Shown: one piece after another, positions 36,467-37,653 of the stretch
How the letters are laid out: each line of letters opens with the position of its first letter
Numbering within the stretch: the stretch's first letter is position 1
Notes under the pieces: generated by a model
Databases searched by the model: none
What the model was told of the DNA's origin: nothing
The model's input: the letters and a program-made list of their open reading frames with translations, nothing else
Position numbers and translations under genes: made by a program
NCBI GenBank assembly: GCA_945874205.1
Contig: CAMCGI010000001.1
Coordinates: forward strand, 1 to 37,653
Direction: 5' to 3'
Length of the DNA: 37,653 bases
Origin: Francisella tularensis subsp. holarctica
GTDB lineage: Bacteria; Pseudomonadota; Gammaproteobacteria; Thiomicrospirales; Thiomicrospiraceae

Positions 36467-36493
36467 TTATCGCGCTTTTTTCTGTATTCTTGA
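36467..36493 (-). promoter_or_regulatory. Candidate sigma-28 (FliA) promoter upstream of MCP paralogue B
   Basis: The minus strand reads TCAAGAAT-N11-CGCGATAA, against the consensus TAAAGTTT-N11-GCCGATAA (5/8 and 6/8 matches, with the CGATAA core intact). It lies about 90 nt upstream of the ATG at 36376. Confidence 0.3.
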
Positions 36494-36516
36494 TGTAATA
36501 TTTAACAAGAAAAAAA

Positions 36517-37581
36517 TTACTTGGCAATAGGTAAAGCTAATACCGTAATTTCTTCTCTATCATGATAAAGCTGTTGTGCACGTAAGACATGAGTTGTACG
36601 CAAACTATTCAAAGTTGCCATACATTCTTGAATCATGCCATAACGTTTTTTCATGGGTAGCTTTAGATTAAACAGTGCTGCTTGTGCCCAGCCTTCTTTT
36701 AGCCATTTGGTGACGAGCGTTGCAACGCGATCAGGTTGCTCAACCATATCACAGCACAACCAATGCACAGGATGACGAGGATGCCATGCAAAACCATCAG
36801 CACGAATGTGTTCCACTTGCCCCGTCTTCATAACTGATTCTGACATATTCGCATTATCGATAGCGGTGATCAGTAAACCTTGCTGTGCTAGCCACCACGT
36901 CCAGCCACCCGGAGCAGCACCCAAATCGACTGCACTCATGCCAGATCGTAACCACTGTTCGCGCTCTTTGACGGTTAATAAACTAATAGCTGCTTCTTCG
37001 AGTTTTAAAATCGCACGACTAGGCGCATCTTTGGGTAATTTAAGATGCATAATGCCCCCTGCGTGTGGGCTAGATTGAGTACGATAAGCCAGACCCACTA
37101 AAATGTGTGTGCCTGATAAAATGAGCAGGTGCAAACGAGGTAATCGTTTATCACTTTCGTAATATTGTCCAAGTTTTTTAAGGGCTTGACGCGCTGCATT
37201 GGTCAGACTACGCGCAAGTCCGCTGAGCTCTTTGCCATTATTCGTATCGGGTGTTTCGGCAACAATGTCGTTTACTGATTGCGTGCCTAGTAGCTCAAAA
37301 ATATGTGCAAGGCGGTCATCAGTCGGCAAATTGGTACACTCACCAAGCATGGGGACAAATTGACGTGCAAAAATCCAATTAGATAAGCTTAGCTCACTAG
37401 AAACTCGTGCCAGTGGCTCAAAAGTGCGAAACACGGCATAACCGCTATTCGGTGTCGTTTGCACATAGCCACCAATTTCTGCTTGAGCGCAGAGATCATT
37501 TGCTTCGTTTGCCACTTCGCCTTCAAAACCAGCGCGTGAAAGCAGGTAAAAACCTGTATATTGGGGGATTGTTGTATTCAT
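36517..37581 (-). CDS. rlmM: 23S rRNA (cytidine2498-2'-O)-methyltransferase RlmM
   Basis: The SAM-binding region is AVDLGAAPGGWTWWLAQQGLLITAIDNANM, with an N-terminal THUMP-like SRAGFEGEVANE. I use the ATG at 37581 (MNTTIPQY...). The 14-codon extension to 37623 overlaps a terminator hairpin that belongs to the gene upstream. Confidence 0.85.
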   Translation of the reverse strand: MNTTIPQYTGFYLLSRAGFEGEVANEANDLCAQAEIGGYVQTTPNSGYAVFRTFEPLARVSSELSLSNWIFARQFVPMLGECTNLPTDDRLAHIFELLGTQSVNDIVAETPDTNNGKELSGLARSLTNAARQALKKLGQYYESDKRLPRLHLLILSGTHILVGLAYRTQSSPHAGGIMHLKLPKDAPSRAILKLEEAAISLLTVKEREQWLRSGMSAVDLGAAPGGWTWWLAQQGLLITAIDNANMSESVMKTGQVEHIRADGFAWHPRHPVHWLCCDMVEQPDRVATLVTKWLKEGWAQAALFNLKLPMKKRYGMIQECMATLNSLRTTHVLRAQQLYHDREEITVLALPIAK

Positions 37582-37607
37582 AGTGAACATTATCGCATAG
37601 TGTTCAT

Positions 37608-37632
37608 AAAAAAGCCCCGACAATGTCGAGGC
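37608..37632 (-). terminator. Rho-independent terminator of a minus-strand gene lying beyond the right edge
   Basis: The minus strand reads gcctcga-cattg-tcggggc (7 bp including one G-U pair) followed by tttttt. Confidence 0.5.
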
Positions 37633-37653
37633 AAAGGGGATAGTTATTGATAT

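Noticed and set aside
37582-37623. 14-codon N-terminal extension of rlmM
   Set aside because: It overlaps a minus-strand terminator hairpin and T-run (37608-37632) belonging to the upstream gene. The ATG at 37581 gives an N-terminus that aligns with the start of E. coli RlmM.
1-37653. CRISPR arrays, tRNA/rRNA/tmRNA genes, IS elements, integrases, and toxin-antitoxin or phage genes
   Set aside because: Intergenic spaces are all 302 nt or shorter and none shows spaced direct repeats, cloverleaf-type T-arm sequences or terminal inverted repeats. No ORF has transposase, integrase or phage-like motifs. This was a visual scan only, so tRNAscan-SE, Infernal/Rfam, ISEScan and CRISPRCasFinder should confirm it.

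Overview
The window is a roughly 37.6 kb chromosomal segment. Its gene content and synteny look like a moderately AT-rich gammaproteobacterium, with rpmH-rnpA-yidC-mnmE, hemCD, divergent plsY/folB, msbA-lpxL, rlmM and oxyR divergent from dps-prx/grx-gor. I can support about 36 protein-coding genes, two of which are missing from the ORF track: a 5'-truncated hsdR at the left edge and rpmH. I found no tRNA, rRNA, CRISPR array, IS element or integrase by eye. About a quarter of the genes encode signalling proteins: 3 MCPs, 3 GGDEF-type enzymes, 2 HDOD proteins and 1 lone receiver. Most of these sit in translationally coupled pairs. No canonical defence or mobile island lies inside the window; only the hsdR fragment at the left border hints at one further left. 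The candidates most worth follow-up are listed here. (1) A SCO1/SenC-like protein is coupled to an MCP whose sensor is a His-rich six-TM module followed by five HAMP-like repeats. (2) A four-gene operon runs CX5R phosphatase - msbA - lpxL - lone receiver. (3) Tandem membrane-anchored PAS-MCP paralogues carry a CZB-like C-terminal domain that appears to lack the zinc ligands, followed by an xWxxF-type tail. (4) A UrtA/AmiC-like binding protein overlaps a dCache diguanylate cyclase that has GGEEM. (5) Tandem PhnD/TtrS-like periplasmic-sensor c-di-GMP enzymes are translationally coupled. All functional calls rest on motif recognition by eye, and no database search was run.
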